Of a stretch of 64,000 bases of DNA, positions 48,162 to 61,941 are shown in pieces. A program made the position numbers and the translations under genes. Where the stretch lies: positions 35,340,001 to 35,404,000 of the forward strand of contig OZ260662.1 of the NCBI GenBank assembly GCA_965285935.1, written 5' to 3'. Position 1 is the first letter of the stretch, and each line of letters begins with the position of its first letter. Under the pieces are notes generated by a model that had not been told where the DNA came from, searched no databases, and saw only the letters and a list, made by a program, of their open reading frames with translations. This DNA is from Ophelia neglecta. Its lineage: Eukaryota.

Positions 48162-51100
48162 ATGGCATGGCTTGGTAAAAAAGTTCCCATTGGAGTCACA
48201 AAGAAAATCCTCCAGGCCCCATCTGGATTGTTTTCAAAGTATCAGGTAAATATCCCAAACCAAACATAAAATATTATGATATTAAGTATAGTTTGGTATA
48301 CTAGATCCTCAGTGCCAGACTTTCCAATGTTGTTTTCAAACTTAATTAAATATTTGCAGGGCATTATTTTTTATTGCTTGGATTTGGTTGACATAAGCTT
48401 GTTTTTTTGGAAAAGATGTTCGACATTTTATAAATATTTACATTTCAGTGGATTTTTATTATAGAGTATAGTTGGTTTAACAGTGTGATTCACCTAGAGC
48501 AAAAGCACAGCAGGATTGATTCTGTTGAGAATTTTTTTTCAGAATTTGAATAGCTAAATTAACAACTTCTCCACTTCAATAATACAAGTGTTTAAAGTTT
48601 TTTCTGTTTTAATTTTTGTATTTTGTTTTATTTGCCCCCAGATATATCCATGGTCTGTAATACATAACGCGTGTGCCAGTAAGTGGTCATCAGAAGAAGT
48701 GAGGACAACCTTCATAGATTTTTATAAGGAGAGAAATCATAAACATGTTCCATCATCAACCGTTATACCAAAGAAAGGGGAAGGTTCCTACTTCATAAAT
48801 GCAGGGATGAATCAGGTATACCTCATGTTCACTGAGTTATGATTATTATTCATATATGTGTTAATGAGCATTCTTGGTCAGCTGGCCTGGACAGTGACCA
48901 TTTCAAGATCATATATTGATCTAATGTCAATGCCATAAAATTCAATATACATTTGGGGCTGTCTAAGACTGAGAGCTAAAAATAGTATTACTAATAAGGA
49001 TTGCAAGTATAGTATTTTTATTATAAATTTTTTATCATTACAGTTTAAGCCAATATTTCTTGGCACAGTTGATCCCTCAAGTGAACTAGCCTCTTATGAG
49101 CGAGTTGCTAACAGTCAGAAGTGTATCCGCATCAGTGGCAAGCATAATGACCTCAATGAAGTTGGGAAAGACACTTTCCATCATACATTCTTTGAAATGC
49201 TGGGCAGTTGGTCATTTGGCAACTATTATAAGGTATTGATATCATTAACTTTTCTTTTATTAGGACAATTAGATTATTCTATGTTAAGCCAACTAGAGCA
49301 AGTGAATGACATGCCATCACAGAACTCTACATTGTCATTGAACAATCCCAAGGCACAAAATATGGGTGGGGCTGCCCTGTCCATAGGGATCAGATCAAAG
49401 ATCATCAGATTTGGAAAGTGCTATGCATACAATTGTACACCCTGAATATGGGTGTACAACATCCCTGTCTTCCAAGTGGGTATCTGAAATTGGCCAGGAT
49501 GGGTCATAATACAGCACATTCCCTGACATTTTGATCCCTCCTGACCCTTATTTTGACCAAAGAGCAAAGAAACTGCACATTATACACTGTACTCATCATT
49601 ACCTCTGAAATGGTAATCTACATAAACATGTATTTAAAATAATTTAAAATGTCCCCCCCCCCTGTCCTACCCTCTACCACCGCCATGACTCTAGGGGTCA
49701 GACCCCAATTTTATGTGCATGTATTCTTCAATTTTGCAGAAAGAAGCATGTGAAATGGCTTGGGAACTGTTGACAAAAATGTATAAGCTGCCTCCTGAGA
49801 AATTGTATGTCACATACTTTGCTGGGAACAAATCTCTTGGATTGGAAGCAGATGAGGAGTGTAAAGAAATTTGGAAAGAGATAGGGTAGGAAAATGTGTA
49901 ACCAACGTAGAAAATAATTATTAGTTTAAGGCTAAAGTTTTCTAGTCAGCATTTTAATATGTGTCAAGCAGTAACATTTGATTGCTATTTATAGAGTATA
50001 CGTGGCACCATTAGCCAATGACTAAAAACTAATGCAGGCTATTGTGTTGGCATCTCTATGAACCCAAGGAGCATGAAACAGATGCCTAACCTATACAAAT
50101 TCAAATAGCTAGTTTTGTCTTTTTATGTTGTGAGCACTTTTGTGTATGAACTGTTTTTGTAACGGGAAGGGAAACTTGTTTTCTCATGTACTGAACATTT
50201 GGTCCAGTATGACCCAGCTCATACTGGGCTGAGGAATATTTGACTGGTCCAATAAAATAGTAGTCATAAATTTGCAATCAATTAAAAGGAAACTCTGAAT
50301 TTGTTAGTGCCACTTAAGACTAAGAAAAACCATGTTGAATTGTTTAAACTAAGACAAACCATGTTGAGTCGATGCACAGGCTGGGGCAGCTTGGAGCCGG
50401 TTCATTTCAGTATCAATAGAGTGTGCCCTCAGACTTGTAGTGGGCAGGCTTAGTCAGTTATTATAACTTGTGAGTTTAGTTTATGAGAATATAAACTATC
50501 AGACTATATCAAATATTTAAAATCAAATCTGGCACCATCCTAAGTGGGAAGAAAGCATAGCTGTGATTGGCCATTATTGGGGGATGTTGATATTTATGGC
50601 CAATCATACAGTGCTTTACATAGCATCCCATTTGTTCCTTTAGGGGAAACACAATGACCTGTAGGATGATGCAACTGGAAAAACCATGTAAACAAAGTGC
50701 TTTAACAAAGAAAGATTATTTTATGCATAGTTTGGACTCGAGAAATCCGGTTATCGACAGTTGTTCACTATCTATGTTAGTGTGTAAGATTTATTTTTGC
50801 ATGGAAAGATAATAGGAGGCAATTAAAAATGGGTTGTAATGGCATCTAAGTGGTTAATAAATCATGGTACAAACATCAGTAACTTTGAAATAAAGTATAC
50901 TTACTACCGGTATACTATCTATTAGAGCATTTTTAAGACTTTTGTTGTTTGTTCAATATCAGTTCATGATATTTATGCTTGTCTAGCTCTATCTACACTG
51001 TAGGTGGAAATATCTTTTCAATTCTTGTGGTGAACTTGGGGGTCACAGTTTGTCTACTTGTTGGTGACCTTGGTTAACTTGATTGTCAAGCCAAGATTTG

Positions 51101-54100
51101 AACATGATACAACATACAGTAGCATTTGTCTGAGACTTGATGGGTTACATGTATATAAACTTGATGAGGTATATGTTTATGTTTCCAAACATCTTGTTTT
51201 ATATTTCAGCGTTACCCCTGACAAGATACTACCATTTGGAAGCAAAGATAATTTCTGGGACATGGGAGATAGTGGTCCATGTGGTCCATGTACCGAAATA
51301 CATTTTAACCACACAGACGCGCCGAATGTGGCCCAACTAGTAAACAGTGGTGATCCCAGAGTTATAGAATTGTGGAATTTAGTCTTCATACAATTTGACA
51401 GGTGAGTGGTGAATAAGTGACGCCAGGTACTGTGAGCAGGGTATGATACTGCAGTATGTTGCAATAAGGTTTCCAAAATGTTAACCCCTGTTACCATCCT
51501 GCTTGGTCAGCTCCCTAATGTGTTTAATATATCAAGGTATCACTGTAACATACTTCAAATTTGGAATCTGAATTACTGGGAAAGATTGGAGAAGAAAAAA
51601 AGCTAATCAACCAATTATTTTCAGTTATGAACAATTTTATAATATTCTGTCTTCAATTGCTTATTTTACAGACAGATAAAAAATGTGTTGTTGCCTTTGA
51701 GGGCAAAGCATGTGGACACAGGAATGGGCCTAGAGAGATTAGTGGCGGTGCTGCAAGGGAAACAAAGCAACTATGACACAGATCTGTTCCAGCCTTTATT
51801 CAATCACATTCAAAATGTGGGTGGCAAATACATTTTTATATTTGATCCAATTTAGAATATGTCTTTCTCCAGTTGGTAAGGTAAATTGTTTTTCAATTTT
51901 CAGAAATCCAAATGCAGACCATATGGGGAAAATGCTATGGTAGATATTGCATATCGCATAGTGGCTGACCATGCTAGAATGGCCTCCGTAGCCATAGGGG
52001 ATGGCCTTCTTCCAGGCAGAGGAGATAGAGAGTAAGTACAAAGTTTATTTTATATCATAAACCAAGCGTTTGATTCACATAAATACAGTGATATTATTTG
52101 TCTTGATTTGCACCGTTACCTCATGCTATTTCTGTCATAATTTGTTTACAGCAGTCGACTGAGAATGGTGATAAACAGGGCTGTTAGACAGTGTAACTCT
52201 GTGCTGAAGGCCAAACCAGGCTTCTTCGGATCATTAGTTCCCATTGTAGCTGATTCATTGGTTAGCAAATATCAAATATTGTTTCATGCTTAAAATACCT
52301 GTGGAAGTATTGTAGAGTGAATCCTGATAAAAAAATTAATGTTATTATTCAAAATGATACATTGCAAATGGATTCAGTCACAAGATAATTAATGTGAACA
52401 TGAAATAAAAGTGACAGATCTTGGGTTGAGATATATATATATATATATATATACATGTAAACCCATGAAACAAAACCTACAAGTGGGTATATGGTTTACA
52501 CGTACAAAGAGAGCATAATAGGTATTATTGTCACTTATGAGGGCATTACCAGTAGGATAGCTCTATTTTACATGGGCCGTAAAACAGCGTAACCGTTGAC
52601 TGGTGACGTCAGAGCCAGTCCGCTTATGAGAGGCAGTCCACTTTCATTAGCGGATTTCATTAGCGGACTCCATAAATTATTAGCAGCCCGCCATAGTCAT
52701 AGCACCCTCGGCTACGCCTCGGGCGCTATGACTATGGCGGGCTGCTAATAATTTATGTCGGGCCACTGATATAGCATAACGCCCTGCAAAATCATGTTAT
52801 TGGTATATTAATGTCAGCATATGTGCTATATGTAATGGTTTTTCATTAATTTGTTTACACATTGTCAATATTTTTCAGGGTGGGGCATATCCCGAGCTAA
52901 AAGGAAAGTCCAACGAGGTAGGTGTATGTATTGACTGAACATTACCATACAAACAAAAGTATCGAAAAACAAGCTTGCTTTTTTTTGCCAAATAATTGGG
53001 ATAGATTTTCCATGTTTGTATTATAAATTGCTCATCAACAGAAATAACTTAAAACGATATTCTTAGTAGTGATGAAATTAATCAGTCAATAAAAGATCAT
53101 CCTCCAACGGTATTTGTTTTTGAAAACAGGACATCAACCATATAATTTCAGATTGAAAACATCATACAGCAGACTGAAGAGAGATATCTTTACAGCTTAG
53201 AAATGGGGCACAAAACAATGAAGAAAGCATGGTCCAAATATCGTCATGTAAAACAACTCAACGCTGAACAAATGCAAGAAATTTATTCAGGGAGATTTGG
53301 CAGGACTCTGTCAATTGATTTGATTGAAGAGATTGCTGGGGAAATGAACATTGGTTTAGATCTGGATAGCTTTCACCAGTTAATAAAGGCAGAAAAGGTA
53401 ATTTGATAAACCTGATAGCATTAAAGGAGTATATTCCGATATTAAGATGTGCATTAACATGTAAATGTTGAGCGTTTGGGAAAGTTCTGCATCTTTTCTC
53501 TTTTCATCAGTAAACATAAACCAACACTTTTTATCTGAATGCCCCTTTTAACTTTAAATTTCTAGGTTGAGGACGACGTTGAGGCTCCAGACTTCAAGAA
53601 ACTTCTTGACCAGAACCTACTCCAACAGCTGACTGAAATGAATGTGAAACCAACGGATGACTCCTTCAAGTATAAATATACCAGCATTCTAGGCCATTAC
53701 TGTAAGTTGCTTATTTACAATAATGGAAATAGGAGTTGCTTTAAACATTCTTCTGAATTATATATTAGTTTACAACAAGATCTGCTAACCACTCTTGTCT
53801 CATTCTAGTTTTGGAAGCACCTCCAGGAGTGGTGAAAGCCATCCTTCACAATGGGAAGTTAGTAGACAGTGTAGGTCCCAATGAGGAGTGTGGTATAATA
53901 TTAAGTAAGACCATGTTTTATGCTGAGTCAGGGGGTCAGGCCGGAGACAAAGGCTGGCTAGCATCATTTGAGGTGGGTACACCCTGTATGTAGGCTTTTA
54001 CATTGTGGCAGAATTTTCACAAGTTTAAAAATAATGGTATGATGGTTCTTATCTTTATTTTCATCTAGGGCTGTGATATAATAATAACAGATGTACAAAG

Positions 54101-57100
54101 AGTTCAAGACTATGTGATACATATTGGGACCATAGAGGGAGGAATACTACAGATGGATGATACAGTCCAAATGGCCATAGACCAAGTAGGCACCAATACA
54201 CCCGTACAAACTGAAAAATGATATTAAAAGGCTGTCAACATGACTTTATTTTCCATAATTCAGGGCAATTTTACAATCATTCAAAAATAATGGGAGATTC
54301 CCAACTTAACTGAGGTTATAACATAATTGCTAACGCTAACATGCTTATACATACAATGAAGGCATGATTTGACAATTGACACATGCAATGGATTAGGAGA
54401 AAGAAGGGGATTCTCCTTTAATATCAGGAAGGTTATAACGGATCTTATAAAACCACCCCAATAATGTAGTATGTGACACTAGTAACTATGAACTTATGCT
54501 ATTGCGATATTTTTTGTTTGGTACCTTTGCAGAATCACAGGGAGAAATGTATGAAGAACCACACAGGGACCCACATCCTAAACTATGGCCTTGGCCAGGT
54601 GCTTGGAAAGATACGCCAGGCGGGCTCCTCTGTCACCGCTGAAAAACTCTCCTTTGAATTCACGTCAGCTAAGGTTAGTTTGAGCTCTGTAAGTCTATTA
54701 AATGGCTAAATGTACATGGCATATGTAAAGGGAACAGATTCCCCCAAGCTGATGTATACATGCCAGGTTTTTTTTGTGATTCCATGGTCCATACATATAT
54801 ATATGTGATGTCCTCTCTTAGACGCACAGGTACGTGAGACACCTGTCCATTGCTACCTATGTGTACCTTTTTATACATAGTTATACATGGGTAGCACTGA
54901 GCAGGTGTCTTGCATACCTGTTCATGAATGTGGTTAAATCGATTTCACCTTTCTAACTGCATTTATGATGCTGATTTCGAAGAAATCTACTATTTAAGAA
55001 GTAACAGTACTCAATCCAAAGGGACAGCCCTTAAAGCATAATAATATACAAGGTTCCTTGTTTTGGTTCATATGTATATCTTGTGTAACTGTTTTTACAT
55101 TTCATTCTAGCCAAAGGTAACGTCTGACGATCTGAAAAAGGTAGCTGCTTTATGTAAGAAGCTGGTGATGGAGAAAGTACCTGTGATCAAAGGAGAAGTC
55201 CCTCTGAGTGACGCCAGACAAGTGAAAGGCCTTGTGATGCTGCCAGATGCCGTAAACAAAATTTGAATTTACTTTATCAACAGATTTTGTCATGAAATAA
55301 AAGCTTGTAGATGTTTCAATGGCCTACAGAATTCCAACAAAAAACTAACTTTGGTAAATTTCATATTATCAATGTATTGTGATGTCAAACTGAATGTTTT
55401 TGGAGAAAGCATCTGATTTCAGGTATATCCTAAGAAGGTGCGGGTAATTTCAATTGGGGCTGATCTAGAAGAGATAATAACCTATCCAAACAGTGGCCTT
55501 GCAGAGGAATTTCCTGTTGAATTGTGTGGTGGAACGTAAGTGTTTGACATTCTGATTCACATACATGTCCAGTGCAGATGTTTTCCATCGTTGATAATTT
55601 CATTGTGAGATCATAGCCCTCTGTTTGTAAAGTTTATTTTTTATCACTTGCAATTAATTGGTAAAGAAGAGGGATAACATATCCATGTCCTATGATATAT
55701 GAAATTGAGAAATGTTATTTAATGTTTTGTATGATACTAGCAATTCATTGTGTATATAATTTTGTTCAAAGATGAAGTCACCATATGACCATAAACTGAT
55801 GTTTCTTTAGAAAATGTTTTATCTCAGGCATGTAGACAATACAGGAGACCTGGTATCATTGGTGATCACCAATTTCCATGGGACAACTCAGGGTACAAGA
55901 TCTGTGACAGCCGTGACTGGTAACGCAGCCATACAGGCAAGTCTGACAAACTGGCTTGGTTACCGGCAATTCAGGCATGTCTGACAAACTGACTTGGTTA
56001 CCGGCAATACAGGCATGTCTGACAAACTGACTTGGTTACCGGCAATACAGCCATGTCTGACAAACTGACTTGGTTACCATCAATATAGGCATGTCTGACA
56101 AACTGACTTGGTTACCGGCAATACAGGCATGTCTGACAAACCGACTTGGTTACCGGCAATACAGGCATGTCTGACAAACTGACTTGGTTACCGGAAATAC
56201 AGGCATGTCTGACAAACTGACTTGGTTACCGGCAATACAGGCATGTCTGACAAACTGACTTGGTTACCGGCAATACAGGCATGTCTGACAAACTGACTTG
56301 GTTACCGGCAATACAGGCATGTCTGACAAACTGACTTGGTTAACGGCAATACAGGCATGTCCGACAAACTGACTTGGTTACCTGCAATACAGGCATGTCT
56401 GACTAACTGACTTGGTTACCGGCAGTACAGGCATGTCTGACAAACTGACTTGGTTACCTGCAATACAGGCATGTCTGACAAACTGACTTGGTTACCGGCA
56501 GTACAGGCATGTCTGACAAACTGACTTGGTTACCTGCAATACAGGCATGTCTGACAAACTGACTTGGTTACCGGCAATACAGGCATGTCTGACAAACTGA
56601 CTTGGTTTCAAGCAATACAGGCATGTCTGACAAACTGACTTGGTTACCGGCAATACAGGCATGTCTGACAAACTGACTTGGTTACCGGCAATACAGGCAT
56701 GTCCGACAAACTGACTTGGTTACCGGCAATACAGGCAAGTCTGACCAACTGGCTTGGTTACCGGCAATACAGACATGTCTGACAAACTGACTTGGTTACC
56801 TGCAATACAGACATGTCTGACAAACTGACTTGGTTACCTGCAATACAGGCATGTCTGACAAACTGACTTGGTTACCTGCAATACAGACATGTCTGACAAA
56901 CTGACTTGGTTACCTGCAATACAGGCATGTCTGACAAACTGACTTGGTTACCGGCAATACAGGCATGTCTGACAAACTGACTTGGTTTCAAGCAATACAG
57001 GCATGTCTGACAAACTGACTTGGTTACCGGCAATACAGGCATGTCTGACAAACTGACTTGGTTACCGGCAATACAGGCATGTCTGACTAACTGACTTGGT

Positions 57101-60100
57101 TACCGGCAATACAGGCATGTCTGACAAACTGACTTGGTTACCGGCAGTACAGGCATGTCTGACAAACTGACTTGGTTACCGGAAATACAGGCATGTCTGA
57201 CAAACTGACTTGGTAACCGGCAACACAGGCATGTCTGACAAACTGACTTGGTTAGCGGCAATACAGACATGTCTGACAAACTGACTTGATTACCGGCAAT
57301 ACAGGCATGTCTGACAAACTGACTTGGTTACCGGCAATACAGGCATGTCTGACAAACTGACTTGGTTACCTGCAATACAGGCAAGTTTGACCAACTGGCT
57401 TGGTTAGCGGCAAAACAGACATGTCTGACAAACTGACTTGGTTACCGGCAATACAGGCATGTCTGACAAACTGACTTGGTTAGCGGCAATACAGACATGT
57501 CTGACAAACTGACTTGATTACCGGCAATACAGGCATGTCTGACAAACTGGCTTGGTTACCGGCAATACAGGCATGTCTGACAAACTGACTTGGTTACCTG
57601 CAATACAGGCATGTCTGACAAACTGACTTGGTTAGCGGCAAAACAGACATGTCTGACAAACTGACTTGGTTACCTGCAATACAGGCATGTCTGACAAACT
57701 GGCTTGGTTACCGGCAATACAGGCATGTCTGACAAACTGACTTGGTTACCGGCAATACAGGCATGTCTGACAAACTGACTTGGTTACCTGCAATACAGGC
57801 ATGTCCGACAAACTGACTTGGTTACCGGCAATACAGGCATGTCTGACAAACTGACTTGGTTTCAAGCAATACAGGCCTGTCTGACAAACTGACTTGGTTA
57901 CCGGCAATACAGGCATGTCTGACAAACTGACTTGGTTACCGGCAATACAGGCATGTCTGACTAACTGACTTGGTTACCGGCAATACAGGCATGTCTGACA
58001 AACTGACTTGGTTACCGGCAGTACCGGCATGTCTGACAAACTAACTTGGTTACCGGAAATACAGGCATGTCTGACAAACTGACTTGGTAACCGGCAACAC
58101 AGGCATGTCTGACAAACTGACTTGGTTAGCGGCAATACAGACATGTCTGACAAACTGACTTGATTACCGGCAATACAGGCATGTCTGACAAACTGACTTG
58201 GTTACGGCAATACAGGCATGTCTGACAAACTGACTTGGTTACCGGCAATACAGGCATGTCTGATAAACTGACTTGGTTACCGGCAATACAGGAAAGTCTG
58301 ACCAACTGGCTTGGTTACCGGCAATACAGACATGTCTGACAAACTGACTTGGTTACCTGCAATACAGGCATGTCTGACAAACTGACTTGGTTAGCGGCAA
58401 AACAGACATGTCTGACAAACTGACTTGGTTACCGGCCATACAGGCATGTCTGACAAACTGACTTGGTTACCGGCAATACAGGCATGTCTGACAAACTGAC
58501 TTGGTTAGCGGCAAAACAGACATGTCTGACAAACTGACTTGGTTACCTGCAATACAGGCATGTCTGACAAACTGGCTTGGTTACCGGCAATACAGGCATG
58601 TCTGACAAACTGACTTGGTTACCGGCAATACAGGCATGTCTGACAAACTGACTTGGTTACCTGCAATACAGGCATGTCCGACAAACTGACTTGGTTACCT
58701 GCAATACAGGCATGTCTGACTAACTGACTTGGTTACCTGCAATACAGGCAAGTTTGACCAACTGGCTTGGTTACCGGCAATGCAGGCATGTCTGACAAAC
58801 TGACTTGGTTACCTGCAATACAGCCATATCTGACAAACTGACTTGGTAACCTGCAATAATAGATGTCATACATTTAGGTTGATTATTGTACCAAAAGTGT
58901 AGTTGGGAATTTTAACCAAATTGAAGGAATCACCTTTTATATTGTTGTCATTTAAAATGGGAATAATCGGGAGAATGGGTTTTGAATTTTCATTGAAAGT
59001 CAATCAGATCTGGGACTCATTGTTCGCATGACAATTTGGCTGAACATTATTATTTGGAGGATTAATTTTCAGGCTGAAATAATGGCTCAAAATTTGAAAG
59101 AACAAGTAGAAGAGTTGGAAAACTGGGTAAAAGTTGGATACAACAAAGAACAATGGACAATTAGATGTGAAGGAATTCAAAAGGTATGGAAGTTCTGAAT
59201 TACCTGGGAACTAAATCCCAGTATTAAACAGGCTGCTTAAACTTTATGTTGGAATTTTTATGTTAAAAATAATTATACAAATTCAAATCAGATTATATCC
59301 TTGTTCTCCGCCTTTTGTGTCTAAAGTAAGTACTTCCACATTTATTGCTCCTTATTTAGATTAGCAATATAAAGGCATGACCTTTCCAAGTCAATTGTTG
59401 TAATCATAAAACTTACCAAGAAGTATTTTAGTATGGTTGGATTGGACTTTGATCTCATGTTTGTATGTTTATTATTTCCCCAGAGCTTGTCTGGTGACAA
59501 TCACATTTTACCAAAAATAGATAGAGATAGCATCAAGACCAGACTTGACAAGCTCATGTATGAGACTATCAACAAGGAGAAAAACAAGTCCAAGAAAGAA
59601 TCCATGGAAGAGGTAGGTTGACATGATCAGGCTTTAGGTAGTTTTGTAATTGACCTTCAGTTAGGAAATATGTTCATGTATGAATTGTGGTGGAAAAGAC
59701 ATGGTCATTGAGAGAATATGAAATATTTAATTTATTGCAAACGAATTAAGTTTCAGGTCATAATCCATTTATTGAAATGCTTTAACTACAGTGTGGTCTT
59801 TTTTCAGGATTTGAGACGCATTATTGATTTAGAATCTCAGGAATATGTGATCACACAGTTCCAATTTGAGAAGATTAGAGATGTGAGTAGAGGAGTATAA
59901 CTTGTATGTCTGAATACTCTGTGACCTGGGTTCCAATTGAATTCCATGGATGGAGGGGGGGGGGGTGGAAATATGCCAGAAACACCCGTCCACTTCCGAA
60001 ACATGCAGTAACACAACAACCTATAACTTACTCATGCCCTGCTCATAAGGCTCAGACATCAGTTTTCCTCCATCTTGTTTTCAGATAGTCAGTGTGGTGA

Positions 60101-61174
60101 GCAGACTGCAGCCCATGAAGCCCGTCATGCTTCTCTCACATTCCAAGCAAACTAGAGACTTACTTCTAGGCCTGTGTTATTTCCCTAAGGTAAAGTACAA
60201 GTTTTTGTTTCTAATGTTTTAAATTGGGTAAAGCTGGGTAGGTCAGGGCCTGTTTGTCAATTCAAAATTCTTAATATTAAAAGATTGGACTATGAAATTG
60301 TGCATACATTTTTGCCTTTATTTAATAAGATTCATTCATCATATGGAGAGTCTCCTTGTTATTGGATGAAAAACACCAAATCGTTTAATATTGTTGTTGC
60401 TATGCAGTTCTTGGTGATTTGCAAGAAATGTTCTTCCGTTTGTACATTGCGCAAATATGTTCAGAAATTTCATTTAACGACTGTTATATAGAATAAAAAA
60501 GTAGAATATGAACCACAAATTTGACCTTTTCTTTAGGGTCAAAGCGCTTTATGGGACACAATGGTTGTCTCTGTAGCTAGTATATTTTGAAGAAAAAAGT
60601 TGCTGAAATCCTCTTACTTGAACATTATATTGATATTTGCTGAGGGTCAGATCTGCTTAAATTGATGTAAGGAAGTGGATGGTCTCTTCTAAATGTGTTT
60701 TATTCGATGGCTTTAAATCAAGTTTTGGCAGAAATTACCAAAGAAACCTTTAGTGGCAGGACATGTTAGCAATACATGCAGCGTTGAGCAGAACCTAGGT
60801 TATCTAAGTTAGTTTTGTCACAGAAAATGTGGGTGACCAATGTGCATTCAATTTTGTCAATTTCCAAAATTTCATTCATACATTGGATAACATTATGTTT
60901 TAGATAAATGTTGTTGACTAAAGCTGGGTCATACCATGCTTGTATCCTAGAAAATCAAATTACTTTGCATACTGGTGATATTAATTTTATCTTACAGAAA
61001 TTCAGAAATGGTCTTTCGGCCAACAGTTGGGCACACCATGTTACCTCATCCTCAGAGGGAAAAACAGGCTTGCCTGGAAAAACCAACGAGTTGGATTTAG
61101 CAACCTTCACAATAAAATTACAGGACAAACAACAAATAGACCATGTTACTGAGTTGGCAAGAACTTATATGTAA
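48162..61174 (+). CDS. AARS2: Alanyl-tRNA synthetase, mitochondrial type, 22 coding exons, ~989 aa
   Basis: Exons with consistent phases: 48162-48245, 48642-48815, 49044-49232, 49740-49885, 51210-51401, 51672-51816, 51904-52031, 52152-52260, 52879-52917, 53152-53397, 53566-53701, 53809-53972, 54069-54185, 54533-54673, 55111-55251, 55423-55535, 55828-55936 (GC donor), 59073-59183, 59484-59612, 59808-59882, 60085-60189, 60998-61174. Motifs: [87 protein letters not shown], and editing motifs NHTGTH and ELCGGTH. A basic N-terminal extension without acidic residues fits a mitochondrial presequence. Confidence 0.94.
52671..52757. repeat. 37-bp-arm palindrome, core of an interspersed repeat (~52510-52810)
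   Basis: CATAAATTATTAGCAGCCCGCCATAGTCATAGCACCC, loop TCGGCTACGCCTC, then GGGCGCTATGACTATGGCGGGCTGCTAATAATTTATG, with one mismatch. Confidence 0.9.
55937..58857 (+). repeat. 38-bp minisatellite, ~77 copies, starting at the GC splice donor of AARS2 intron 17
   Basis: Consensus GCATGTCTGACAAACTGACTTGGTTACCGGCAATACAG. Variant units recur at offsets of 380 and 874 bp (10 and 23 units). Confidence 0.97.
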
Positions 61175-61941
61175 TGGGACCAGATTATGGTGCCATTTTA
61201 AAGTGGAGCATTAAGGGCTATTGCATTTAAAAATGTCCCTGATGCATGGGCCTGAAAAGATGCAAAAATGTGGGGGGAGGTGGCATACTTGAAAATATAC
61301 CAGTGTAGGGGGTTCAAGAAGTTAAATATGGGAGGAGGGGTAAACTTTTTAAAACACCCCCTGCATTTATAAATGGAATAGCCCTAAGTAAATTACTAAT
61401 TTATTAACAGTGTATCAATATTTTGATATTTTTTCATTTTGACATCTGAACGTGCCATTTTACATGTTATGTATAAATTATGTTCTTACAAACTATAAAT
61501 AAGGGTACACTGTGTAGTTAATAATGTGGTCAAAACAAATAAATGACTTATTTAACAAATAATTACCAGGGTAGTTAATGTGAATATATTATGTACATAA
61601 TCATTCTGTAGATATATTTTAGAATCTCAGCAATACTGTAACTGTAGAAATGTTCAGGGGGTTTAAATTCACATTTTCGCAAAGAATGACAATTCAGATG
61701 TTTTTATTGCAAGATTTCAAAAAAGATATATAGGACCTAAATATTCATACAAATACAATATTAATGAGTTTTTTGGTTTTCCCAGGTGCTTTTTTATGAA
61801 ATTCATGAATTAAAACCTACGCCAACATTTTTGCCGCTACTGTATATGCCATATGTATAGGTATTAATCTGGTTAATATTGAGCATGAAAACTTATACAG
61901 AGCCAAAGAATTGGCCATTGTTCAATGTTAGTTGATACCAT

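Noticed and set aside
55937-58857. CRISPR-like array of 38-bp repeats
   Set aside because: Units are head-to-tail with no unique spacers, there are no cas genes, and the context is a eukaryotic intron. It is a minisatellite.
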